Under the pieces are notes generated by a model that saw nothing but the letters and a program-made list of their open reading frames with translations, searched no databases and was not told the DNA's origin. This document shows positions 35,940 to 47,312 of a stretch of 64,000 bases of DNA, in pieces. The translations under genes were made by a program, and so were the position numbers. Location of the stretch: positions 434,001 to 498,000 of the forward strand of contig NW_027191417.1 of NCBI RefSeq assembly GCF_041146345.1. Direction: 5' to 3'. How positions within the stretch are numbered: position 1 is the first letter of the stretch; each line of letters begins with the position of its first letter. Origin of the DNA: Neodothiora populina (lineage: Eukaryota).

Positions 35940-38433
35940 TCAAACAACAGTCGACGCTGCATCGACGAAGCTTGCACTGGATGAGGTGGCGGCTGACTCG
36001 CCTTGGTTAGGAGTATCTTGAGTTGTGTTTGGCGGCGCACCAGCCTTCGCCTTCTCGTCAACACCTTGGCCGCGACACAAGGGGCAGGAGTTGCGACCCT
36101 TGGTGAGCCACTGGAATCTATTAGAAATCTTGCAGGATGTGACACTGGTGAGTTAAGAAAGCTCGAACGTACCTCGTCAATGCACTCTCGGTGGAACAAG
36201 TGCTTGCACTTGACCAATTGTCTGGCCTCATCGTCGGCTTCGAAGTCACACAGACAGACAAGACAGCGTTGCTCGTCGACAAGCTCGACTCGCTCACTCT
36301 GTTCCGCAGCGACTGCGACCAGCGTCAGGCCGTGCTCGGGTGTCTGCAAAGTCTCAATCTTGAATATGCCACCGGCATTTGCAACATCTTGGTCACTAGC
36401 CACTGGTGGTTTCGCCGGGCCGAGAAGTGCGGATAGCAGCATCATGTCTTCGTAAGTGGGCGAATCCGTGAAGAGGCTGGGTGTGGTGAGTATAGGGTGA
36501 TTCTCAGGGTAGCTACCACCGAGAACATAGATGATCCAGCTGCGAGTGTTCTCCGAAGGGGGACTTGGATTGTCTGGCTCGACAAAACCATTGCGACGAG
36601 AAGAGAAGGTACCGCGGTAGTCAGACTCGCTGAGCCTACGCTGCCGAGGCCCGCGTGGCCGCAACGGCGTATCCTCTGATGGCGTCTCTAACGTGGTGGT
36701 CGTCGTTGTGCGGATGATGCTCTCTCGCTGGCGGGAGTTTGAATGAACCGAAGTCGGTCGAGATGGGGACGCGATGGAGCTCGTTGATGCGATTCTGGAC
36801 AGAGTAGGCATGGCGGCAGACGAGGACGGATGACGAGGGTTAGCAGAGACGTCGCTGGCCATGGAAGTAGGACGACGGAACGAGCGCTCGGGAGACCTAT
36901 GGTGGCGCTGAGCGTCATATCCGGACGCAATGCCGTTGATGCCACCCATGCTGGCCCGACGTCTGTGTGTGAAATGGGTGCCGTTCTGGGGGCTCCTTAG
37001 GATGTTATCGATGCTGTCGTGATCCACCGTATTGTCACCAAAGGGTGTGGTAGGCAATGCCGAGAGTGCGTCGAGGAAGGGCGGCATGCCGTTGTCGTCG
37101 GCACTGTCAGTCCCGCTCGCAGGGTTCACAGATCTGATGCCAACTATGATGATGGGCACCATACGACCATCGGGGTTGGTCTCGGGCGCAGGGGAAGCGG
37201 TGTTGCTATTGCTCTGGGGCAAGGCAGCATCGCCAGTAGCAGAATTTGCGGCAGCAGCTGCTGGTGCTGGAGAGGCAAAGCGAAACATACGGAAAAAGTT
37301 CAGGGGTGCATTTGGGGCTTGAGGAGATGTGCCCGTCTCGTCGTTGTGACCAGCACCACGGAGGGCGGCTGCCAATCTTCCGCTTTCCAGTGACTGTAGA
37401 AAGCTGTTGAATGTGCCATCGTCGCCATCGCCTGCAACACTACGAGCATCTGCAATGGCTTGCTGGTTACCTTCGAGCAGGGTGGCTGCGGTCGCTGCTG
37501 CTGCGACGGAAAGTAGCCTGGACAGCAGCGCTGTATTATCCTCTCCTGCAGCACCAGCGCCGGCGCCATCTCTGGTATTCCTTGTTCCTGCCTCTGCTTC
37601 TGCGCCCGATGCGGAATCGGTTGGTGTGTTCGGAGAGCGGCGCCTCCTCGTAAAAGTACGTTGGGCACGATCGGATCTGAGATTAGACAGACGGTCGGAT
37701 AGACCATTCGCCAGGCGGTGACTAGATCTTCTGGACGGGGTTCGCTGACTCGTGGGTGTACCGGCGCTGACCGTGGTGGTGAGAGCTTCGAAGTCCAGAT
37801 CTAGAGCAGTTTGCGAGACATCGGGCAGGGTGAAATCAAGACCATGTGTAGCAGCTCTTGGCAGTCCGGATGGTCTTGCTGAGGCAGCGAGAGGCGAAGG
37901 TGTAGGGTTGGGGTTGCGGCGGAAGGACATATTCGACAGGTTGTTAATCGAGGCGTTGATCGAGGTTCTGGCACGTTGGAGACGAGATGGACGAGAGAAT
38001 GGCGTGGTCGGAGTTGCGTCGCTGGCGAGCATCGACGTCGACGTGGACGCGGCGGCAGTGGTGGAGCGGTTGTCTTCATCATCGTTAGTGGTGTGGTTGT
38101 TGTACTGATTGTCATTGTCATTGTCGTTGTCATCGCCGGGAGCAACGGGGTCGCGAGGCGGTGAAGAATGAACGTTGTTCAGGAAGTGAGAGAGACGGTT
38201 GAACGAGGTTGAGCGAGGGCGCCTGGGTCTCGGTCTCGGTCGAGGTTGTGATTGTGACTGCAGCTCTTCATTCGCATTGCAATCACCTCCGCTCTCCTGG
38301 TTGTGAGGGTGACTTCTGTCGTTGTTCTGTTCATGGTCCTGACCGTCGGCTGGGGGGTTGCGAGATTCGAGATAAGGCAGATGTAGTAATGAACGTCTCC
38401 ATGCTACGGATCGTCTGCTGGTGCTGTTGCTAG

Positions 38434-38486
<53 letters not shown>

Positions 38487-38626
38487 GTGCTGTTGCTGGT
38501 GCTGTTACCATTACTGATGCTACCTGTGTTGTGCTCCGGCGCAGGCTGTGTGGATGTAGAAAAGGGTAATGATGTTGACGACGAGGGTGCAGTTGCCGAA
38601 GTCGGTGAAGACGTGGCCTGGCCCAT
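35940..38626 (-). CDS. RING-H2 E3 ubiquitin ligase-like protein, 1 intron, N-terminal MGQxxS
   Basis: Removing intron 36172-36111 completes the RING-H2: CLVCLCDF...CKHLFHRECIDE|WLTKGRNSCPLC. Stop is at 35940. Confidence 0.88.
38418..38510. repeat. (TGTTGC)n-type microsatellite encoding an (SN)n tract in the RING protein
   Basis: gctgttgctgttgctgtt... directly visible; translates NSNSNSNSNSNS on the minus strand. Confidence 0.9.
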
Positions 38627-41303
38627 GTCTTGTTATCTGCAGTGTCCCCGCTGCGCACGTGTGGAGTGATTCGATTTTATTAGATAAAAACGTTGGGAAA
38701 GTCGTCAGAGATGAGGACAAGGCTGAGTAATAGACGACGACGACGATGACGACTCAAAGGATGGTGTTGATAGTGATGGCGGAAGACAGACTCGGTCCGG
38801 AGATGGAGATGGAGATGGAGATGGACGGCGTCAGATAATAATCGAAGGTCCGGTGAGAGTGAGAAACACCCTGCTCGGACAGTGAGGGGGGAGGCACCAG
38901 CACTGGGGGGTACGCAAAGGCGAAGGTGAGATTAGATGGTGATAGGGGCGGGGGGGGGGGGGGGAAGAATGTTCACGGATGATGGAGTATCAGTCGCCCA
39001 TGTACAGAAGTGGGAATGATTATTGGTCGATAGTTGATGCCCACTGTAGGGGATAAAATAGCAACGACAGTGACAGCGAGCAAATGACACCACGGCGGGT
39101 TGAGAAGGGATATGGGAACAGTGGTGTGCCTGATTATTATTGCTGTATACTAAGGCATCTCACTCGCTCAGTCTGTCTTGCGCTCTGGCGCTCTAGCACT
39201 CTCTCTAGCACTCTGCTAATGTACTTGATGTACGGCTGTAGCCAGGTAAAGTACTGCATTGCCCTTGAACATGGCCTCATGGCGCCCGCCGCGCTGACCA
39301 AAATGCTGCCAAGCGTCCTTTGCCCTTTGCCCTTGACGCGTGCCGCTGTGCCTCGTGTGTCAGACCAGCTTATATCCAGAGATATACCTAAGGTACCTGT
39401 ACCTTGATTTACTACATGTACATAATGCTCATGTGACGGACGGTGGAAGGTCTGGCCAGCGAGAGTTTTCGTGCTGTGTGTGGGCTATATCTCGACTCCT
39501 TTGCTCTGGATGAGTTGCTGGAACTGCATCGTGTCGCCATACAGTCGACTTCGTGCACCTCCAACGCATGTGCAGCGTGCCCGTGGCCATATGTTCCGGG
39601 CGTTTTGTCCTGCCCTGTCGGTCTGCCTTCGGGGATGGGCCACGTACAAGTGCTTCGCCCCTCTGATTGGCCAGTCTACATGGCCGGCCATCCATTCCGC
39701 GCTTTAGACTCGTAGATTGGTCGAGATATACAAGTACATTGTTGCACAAGATGCAATACAGCCGTATGCTCTCTCGAACAGTGTCTTCATTGATCTAAGT
39801 CAGATCGCTGTCGGGCATCCGCAGCATCTGTGTGCGGCCCGAACGCTAACTTGCATCAAGTCCTACTAGACTTTGCCGTTTGACTGGCCGGCATTCTGCA
39901 TCACAGTTGAGACTTTTCTTCCATCTGTTCCTGTGTAGCGGCCTTGAGATGCTGAGGATATCACCACTCTTCAATCTATGACTCAAGCAGGAAGCGGTCA
40001 CGTCTCCCTGCATCGACAAGGTCGATTCCTACATAGCTGCAGACTTGAGTGAGGGCTACGATAGCCAAGAAGGTTGTACCTGAGACGAAGAAAAACGGTA
40101 AAGAGCTACCAGAACTCTTCACAGTTGCTGGATCGACTCCCGAAACAAATACCTCCAAAGCATCTTTCCATCTGGTAAACCTATTCAGTCAGTAGGGCTA
40201 CCCTGTCTTTAGTATATCTATTACCTATAAGAACCTTTAGGAAGACTATCGTATCATGCAGTATTCCTGACTAAGGCACCTAATCTCTGTCACATGTGTC
40301 TTTTATGTACTCATGGCAACCTCACACAAAGACATATCATCCGAGATTATTCGCATAGATGTCGCCTTCCCCTTACTGAGCTATCGGAGTGGAGGAGCGA
40401 GCGGCCTCCTAGGATCATTCACGGTGTTAAGACACCGACAAATGCCTCTACACATCGTCTGCGAGTCAGTAACAGAGACTAGAAGAGTAACATTTTGCGT
40501 CAAGAAGTATCGTCGAACTATTTGGCCATAAGCATCCATCAGGAGCCAAATGACATCGATAAGGTAAGCGGTCGTGTGAAAAAGTAGATAGTATATATAC
40601 AGTTTTTGACAAACTCCACCCAACGTGCTACTATCCCAAGTATGACTTGGAACAGCTTCGATAGTATAACGGTTAGTACGGAGGTCTCATATTTACATGA
40701 CTTGGTCCCAGACCAGGAAATCCTTAGATCTGAGTTCGATTCTCAGTCGAAGCATTTACTTTTGTTTTTCGTCATCCACCTCTTCAACACTTACTTATAA
40801 CTGCTCCTCTCGCTTTTGTGGTCTCTGAGAACGTCATTTCCGGTGACAGTGTCTAGTATCTCAAGATTGATGTTGGTAGATTTTATCACTACTGCTATCT
40901 TGAAGACACAATATCCATACCAATATGGTAACCCCTGAGGTAAGCAACTGTGCAAGCAAGGGCTGAGTAAAGTTAACTGCTGTGCGACGCTGGCTATGTA
41001 CCTGAAGTTCGCAGTCTCCGACACCGGTACGGAGGCGAATTTCGGACCCACCGCTGCATGGTGTTTACTGCCAACGTAGATCTGTGAAGACAATAGTCGC
41101 ATCCGACCTGCGGAATACCAGCCTGAATCTGTTGTGGCGATGGCATTATATTATATATTAGTCTTCTTGTAAAGGCACTGTCCATTAGATGATGCAAAAA
41201 AACACTCACTGCATACGCAGTTGTAGTTGAATGCCATGTAAACACTTTTATGAATTTCTTAGTCCGTATGCCGATCGGGTCCGAGAAACCGTTCAAACTT
41301 CAG

Positions 41304-41310
41304 TGAGTCA
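41304..41310. promoter_or_regulatory. Gcn4/CpcA-type element TGAGTCA upstream of aspartate aminotransferase
   Basis: Perfect TGAGTCA about 165 bp before the ATG at 41473. Confidence 0.45.
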
Positions 41311-41472
41311 ATGGACAGACCGATAGGCCATCGTGGCGCTATCCACTCCACATTTGTCTGTCTCCAGTACGCTGCTCTCGCTTCCTTCCCCATAAAAGCC
41401 CAGATCTGTATCGATATAGACTATAGCCATTGACCCAATTGACTGTATAATTGATCTGAAGCCACTTGTACA

Positions 41473-42795
41473 ATGGCCCCTGGACTCGTAGAAACTGGAA
41501 AGCCAGAGGTGGTGACTTCGGAGCTTTCACTTCAACCACCTCAGGCCGCCGAGTCATGGCTCGATGCTCTCAAGCCTGTGCCTACTGACGAGATCTTCGC
41601 TCTCCTGGGTGAATACCTCAAAGATCCTCACCCGGACAAAGTCAATTTAAGCGTCGGTGTCTATCGCACAGCAGACTCGAAGCCATGGGTACTCTCTTCC
41701 GTGGCGAAAGCAGAAGACAAACTCGTGCAAGAAAAGAGTGAAGCGAGACACGAGTATCTACCAATTGCCGGAGACGTGAAGTTCTTGGAACAGGCCAGAG
41801 ATCTTTCCCTGGGGTTCAACAAGCAGACTCCGGAGGAAGACAAGAAACGAACTGTTTCCGTCCAGACAATTTCTGGTAGCGGAGCAAACCATGTCGGTGC
41901 TGTCTTTTTAGCGAAGTATCTCAAACCGAAGAACATCTGGATGTCTAACCCGACTTGGGGCAACCACCACGCCATCTGGGACGCTGCCAGTTCGGACATC
42001 AAGCAGCGATTCTATCCTTACTACGACAATGCGACTCGCAGCCTTGACTTCGATGGCATGGTCAAGACTCTGGACGCCGAAGCTCAAGCAGGCGACGCCA
42101 TCCTTCTTCAAGCCTGCGCACACAACCCAACAGGACTCGACCCCACTCACGAGCAATGGAAAATCATCGCCGACCTCTGCGAGCGCAAGCGTATCTTCCC
42201 CTTCTTCGACATGGCCTACCAGGGATTCGCATCCGGCAGCATCGCAGAGGACTCGTGGGCGATCCGCTACTTCTTCAAGGAGAAGCCGAATCTCGACATG
42301 TTCATCGCGCAGTCCTTCTCCAAGAACTTCGGTCTCTACGGTCAGCGTGTCGGCGCTCTGCACTTCGTCCTCAGCAAGCCCGACCCAACTGCCAACGCAG
42401 CGGTCTTCACCCATCTCTGCAACATCATTCGCGGAGAATACTCCATGGCTCCCAGCGGCGGCGCGGCGATCGTCAAGACCATTCTCGCCGACCCTGAATT
42501 AACGAGTGATTGGCACGCTGACTTGGACGTCATGAGCGGAAGGATCAAGCTGGCGCGTCAGCTTCTTTACGACGAGTTGAAGAAACTCAAGACGCCAGGA
42601 ACTTGGGAACACATTGTCAACCAGAACGGCATGTTCTCCTATGTCGGTCTCACCCCGGCACAGGTCAGCTTTGTCAAGGAGAAGCATCACGTCTATATGC
42701 TTCAGTCAGCCAGAGCGTCCATTTCGGGACTGAACCCCAGTAATGCCGCACATGTCGCCAAGGCTATCGATGATTCCGTGAGAGAGGTGAAGTAG
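41473..42795 (+). CDS. Aspartate aminotransferase (class I PLP enzyme, cytosolic-type), intronless
   Basis: KVNLSVGVYR, QTISGSGA, ACAHNPTG, FFDMAYQGFASG, PLP lysine motif SFSKNFGLYG, GMFSYVGL. Confidence 0.93.
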   Translation: MAPGLVETGKPEVVTSELSLQPPQAAESWLDALKPVPTDEIFALLGEYLKDPHPDKVNLSVGVYRTADSKPWVLSSVAKAEDKLVQEKSEARHEYLPIAGDVKFLEQARDLSLGFNKQTPEEDKKRTVSVQTISGSGANHVGAVFLAKYLKPKNIWMSNPTWGNHHAIWDAASSDIKQRFYPYYDNATRSLDFDGMVKTLDAEAQAGDAILLQACAHNPTGLDPTHEQWKIIADLCERKRIFPFFDMAYQGFASGSIAEDSWAIRYFFKEKPNLDMFIAQSFSKNFGLYGQRVGALHFVLSKPDPTANAAVFTHLCNIIRGEYSMAPSGGAAIVKTILADPELTSDWHADLDVMSGRIKLARQLLYDELKKLKTPGTWEHIVNQNGMFSYVGLTPAQVSFVKEKHHVYMLQSARASISGLNPSNAAHVAKAIDDSVREVK

Positions 42796-43051
42796 AGGGG
42801 TGTTATGTATGAGAATCGGCTGTGACGTTGTCCTTCCGCTTGCTCCTGGATGTCTGTAAACTAGACAAAAAAGTCTTCGACATACACATGATTAGAGTAG
42901 ATTCGATTCGAGATCAGGACTAGATTGAGACAATTTGAATGATCCATAGTCATACCTTGGTTTACGAACTTCAGAGTGGTTTTGATTCCAAAACGGATTT
43001 CTTGCCCACTACCGTTCCGATCCACAGCACCGAACAACAAAATCCCTCCCT

Positions 43052-43732
43052 CTAGCGACCCTCCTCGAACCTCATCGCCTGCTGCATAGCCACCTCCGTC
43101 CACCCCTCCCCATCCACCTTCTCCGGAATGAATCGCCTCATAACCTCCTCCACATACTCCTCCGGCACCCCAACCGCAAGCGCATCTCTGATCCCCGAAT
43201 TCATCCGCTCTACATACTCCGCCTTAGGCACACTATCACGCGTCATCTCCCTATTGATATAAACAAGCACTTTCCCCATCATTGTCGGCGGCTCTGACCC
43301 AACGTCGAGTCTTCGGGACGGGTCATCCGAGGCCCAGATGTCCACTGTGAGGGTCTCCTTCGTGTAGGCGAATGGCACGCCCTCGTTCTCGTCGAGCGCG
43401 GCCTCGTCGGCTGGAAGAAGCGAGTATAACAGGCCGTAGGTCACATTGCTGTAGTGCTTCTTGTGGTCATGCTGCTGTTGCTCCTGGGCAGGGCCGGAAT
43501 CGCTAGATGTTTGACCATGCAATGTCCTTCCATCCATCTCGACGACGTTGGCATAGCCTCGCTGATTGATCTGCCATTGGTAGTTCGATAGCCGCGCGAT
43601 CCCTTGGTATGTGGACGTTGCACACCTTTGCCGCATTTGGTGCTGCCAGAGATTGCTTCCGTACCCGAAGTAGAGCGTCGGTGGTGTTGTTGTTACGCTT
43701 GATGCGGCTGCGGCTGCGCTGAGTAGAGACAT
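43052..43732 (-). CDS. Gamma-glutamylcyclotransferase (GGCT/GliK-like)
   Basis: YFGYGSNL, RGYANVV, catalytic LDENEGV, and YVERMNSGIRDA. Confidence 0.85.
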   Translation of the reverse strand: MSLLSAAAAASSVTTTPPTLYFGYGSNLWQHQMRQRCATSTYQGIARLSNYQWQINQRGYANVVEMDGRTLHGQTSSDSGPAQEQQQHDHKKHYSNVTYGLLYSLLPADEAALDENEGVPFAYTKETLTVDIWASDDPSRRLDVGSEPPTMMGKVLVYINREMTRDSVPKAEYVERMNSGIRDALAVGVPEEYVEEVMRRFIPEKVDGEGWTEVAMQQAMRFEEGR

Positions 43733-44418
43733 TATTTTCTTTTTACTTTGGATCTTGCCAGGACGAGTTGGTGAATCAAGTCTTGGTGGGGGCGTTCAGT
43801 TGTGATGTACTGTCTTGGCTGGATGCACGTTGGTGGCGATGGGGCTGTTGCGTGGAGGCTTTGGTGACAAGGGCTTCCACTCGTTCCTGAGTTTTGATAG
43901 ACACTGTTGTGATACTAAGAAGAATGCGAGGTATGCAATGGGATAATCAACGAGATCCTAAGTGCTTGACACGATTTTGTTCTTGTCTATGTGATAGTGA
44001 AAGTGTAATACTCTTGAGCTCTTTACAACGTTCGACAAGGTGTGCGGCGATCGCTAGTTGGGACGAGCACTACTGTATATCGGATGCTTCTTTTACCTAT
44101 CATTTATCCATCCAGAACTTCTACATATGCGTCGAGAGCCATGGGACGGTTTCGACTGTGCAAGCCATCTCGCATCATTTCATTCAGTAGATCGTTCCCA
44201 GATAACTAATAACAAGTCTCCTCTGGCATGCTACTATTCGCGTTGTACAACAACAGGAGAAACACCCCACAAGTCATGCAATGAGAATCTTTTGTCAATT
44301 ATCAAAGTAAATAATGCACATCGTGACAAGGTTACCCATGAATCACGAGCCCTGAGCACGGAGCCGAGGTCCACTATGACCAAACGTCGATCCATTTGCT
44401 AGATGTGTATGTGCCTGG

Positions 44419-45066
44419 CTATTCAATCTTGTATGCATCATATATGACTACACAAGAATGCCCCCATTAGTCACTTGATCAACCCAAGCAGAAAGCGAGG
44501 AACTTCTCACCTTTGGCACCTTGTCGAACCCCACTGCCGACCCACATGCGAGTGTTGACAAACAAATATCTCTCATCTCCAGTCTCCATGTCAATGTAGA
44601 GGCGGAATCTGTAGCTCGAAGGGTCGACGGTGTCAGCTTTGGCCGGGTCAGCAAGAGCTTCGAGGACCTCGCGAGGACCAGTACGCCAGCCTCGAGTCTT
44701 GATGCAGATGTATGCCGGCACGTCATCATCTGTCTTGAGGAGATAAGCAGTGTCAATCTTAGCCGACAGATCTGACAGGACGACTTGGGAGTCTTGTCCT
44801 CCAGGCTATTTCGAGGTGTAAGCTTGGTCAGCGACGAGTAGACGATCAACAGCGTTACAGGCTGGGAACCCATCCATTTCATTGGTTCGGCGTACCTCGA
44901 CGGTCCCCCGACCCCATTCTGCTGTCCATCGACCTCCAGTGAAACTTATCCAGTATCGCTGACCCTGGGGTCCTACTCCTACGTCGATTTTGGGGTTGAG
45001 ATCTACTTCTATATGTAGCTCATAAGCTAAGCTCGGCTTTGGAGCATCCGGAGTGGTCGAAGCCAT
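44419..45066 (-). CDS. DUF3237 (UPF0311) protein, 2 introns
   Basis: Spliced GPQGQRYWISFTGG...PGGQDSQ...YLLKTDD...YRFRLYIDMETGDERY...VIYDAYKIE*. Confidence 0.82.
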
Positions 45067-45804
45067 TGATAATGGTGTATGTCTAGAGGGATAAGATATC
45101 AACAGTGAGCAAACGAGATACAAGGTATGATAGCCCCAGCCGGTATGATTGGTATGCAAAGCGGTGTGACTATACCATGATCATACTATATTTATAAGAA
45201 GAAGGTCGATTGATCGGAACTTCATGGATGTCATTATTAGGGCTGGCACAGATGACATAACGTTGCTCGATGGCACCAACCCGACATAGTGAAAAGTGAA
45301 AGCTTACCATCATACTACAGGCTGTTCGATTACCTTTGTAGCTCGGTAGTATATGCAACACTTACTGTCACACAGCTCCTTCGTCGGACTTATAGGCGAT
45401 TGGCTTGCACGCTGTGGTTGAATAGGTGTGACTGAGTCCTGCCTGCCACGCGAGCCGACGAGATATACAGCTGCTATAATAGTCAAGGTCCAGTACTTAC
45501 AATTCCCATGTACTTTAGCCTCTGAAGGCAGGCTGAAGATCAGCACCAGGCATAAGACATTCTGGAACAACAGCCCCTTCCAACACATCTCCATGTGCAA
45601 TTGCTAAATTCAGGCACGATGGATGCCGTGACGAATCAAACCAAAGCAAACCGCCACATTGCGTTGCACTGCGAGAATGACTCGTGTTTATTCATCATAG
45701 CTTCACCCCGCAAAAGCAGAAGCTCGAATCATCGAATAGCAACCCAAGTTGCGTCCCCTTCTTCTTAAGCCACGTTTTTTCCCACCTTACTCACAACCAT
45801 TCAA

Positions 45805-46607
45805 ATGCTCCACCGCCTTCCTCGCACTCTTCTCCAAAACAAAACATCCACTACACAAATCTTCTACAGATCTTTCCGCTCCACAGCTATCAATATGGGT
45901 GTTACCAAGAAGGTTCTCAGCCAGGGTGATGGTGCCACCAAGCCCAAGGCCGGTGACAATGTCAAGATGATTTACACTGGCTGGCTCGAGGATGCCGGCA
46001 AGCCCGACAACAAGGGCATGCAGTGAGTGCTTTCGCTTTTGTGTCACTGTGTGACTTTTGACCTCTTCTCTTGCCCAATTCGCTCGCCAATTGCCAACAC
46101 CTGAGGTGGAAGTCATGGACGGCAGTCAGGACAAATGCTAACATGAGAGATCTCAGATTCGACTCCTCCGTCGGCCGTGGTGACGGCACCTTCCCCGTCA
46201 GAATCGGTACTGGCCAGGTCATCAAGGGTGAGTTCTTATCTCCAGTACTCTGCTTCGTTGACCGCAGAGGTGCTAATGCTTCACAGGCTGGGACGAGGGT
46301 ATCCTCAGCGCCGATGGCGGTATGACTCTCGGCGAGAAGTCCACCCTTACCATCACTGGGTTCGTACAAATAATCCATTAGTTCATACGAATGAACACAT
46401 GTGCTAACTACAATGAAAGCGACTACGCCTACGGTCCCCGCGGATACCCTGGACTTATCCCTCCCAACGCCACTCTCATCTTGTAAGTTCTCTTATATTT
46501 CTAACCAACTCTACTTCTGCGTGCTTGCTATCATTAAAGGATACCTTGCTAACCACAATGTGCACAGCGATGTCGAGCTCAAGGCCATCAACGGCAAGTC
46601 TGCTTAG
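45805..46607 (+). CDS. FPR1: FKBP12-type peptidyl-prolyl isomerase, 4 introns; upstream ATG 45805, canonical ATG 45895
   Basis: Spliced MGVTKKVLSQGDG...YTGWL...FDSSVGRG...GQVIKGWDEG...[24 protein letters not shown]. Confidence 0.93.
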
Positions 46608-46898
46608 GGTGGTAACTTATCCGATGACTGGTAAAGGAAACAAGTAAAAAAAAGAACCCATTGCTTCGATGGCTGTCTACTTTCTCTTTTCGGAGAAGTG
46701 TCAAGACATGGCCTCTTTTACGTAGACCTTAGAATTCAAACAAAAGCAATGGGTAATTGACACCGACTTTTGACTACCTCTTGCCTTCCAATCGTGACTC
46801 GATGATAGATCGTAGTAAGATGAATGGCCGATGATTGTGTACGGAGTAGATGTCGGAGATTCTTATGTCAGAAGAGCAAATTATGCTAACAATATGTT

Positions 46899-46970
46899 GG
46901 CTGCTTGGCTCAATGGTAGAGCGTCCGCCTCCTAAGCGGAAGGTTGTGGGTTCGAGTCCCATGGTGGTCG
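46899..46970 (+). tRNA. tRNA-Arg (anticodon CCT), intronless
   Basis: 72-nt cloverleaf: D arm GCTC-AATGGTA-GAGC, anticodon arm TCCGC-CTCCTAA-GCGGA, T arm GTGGG-TTCGAGT-CCCAT; T run downstream near 46988. Confidence 0.93.
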
Positions 46971-47312
46971 AGAGACACAAACGTACGTTTTTGTTTCTGC
47001 TAGGCTGTATATTCGCCAACGATCTTGTTGTAGTCTCTCTTGTTGCTGCGTAATGCGCAGATGACTATTGGTTGTTCCATTTTTTTTTCACGCCGTTTTG
47101 TTGATACGATGAGGAAAGTTACTGGGGTCTCAATTTGACGCACAAAGAAACGTATGGTATGGGAAATAGTGTATAGAGTGGCAGATTGAGAGCATCGACA
47201 GTGAGGAGTCATGTGCATGCTCTCGGGAGTTCGAAAGTAGACGGTAAAGCTATGGATGAAGGGTTATCTAGAAGTCGGAAGAAAGAAAGTGAATAATGGA
47301 GAGAAGAAGAAA

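Noticed and set aside
37160..37180. CATACGACCATC resembling the 5S rRNA 5' end
   Set aside because: It lies antisense within the RING CDS and similarity stops after ~12 nt.
38945..38964. Long poly-G run upstream of the RING gene
   Set aside because: Simple homopolymer, prone to slippage and sequencing error; no further support for a function.
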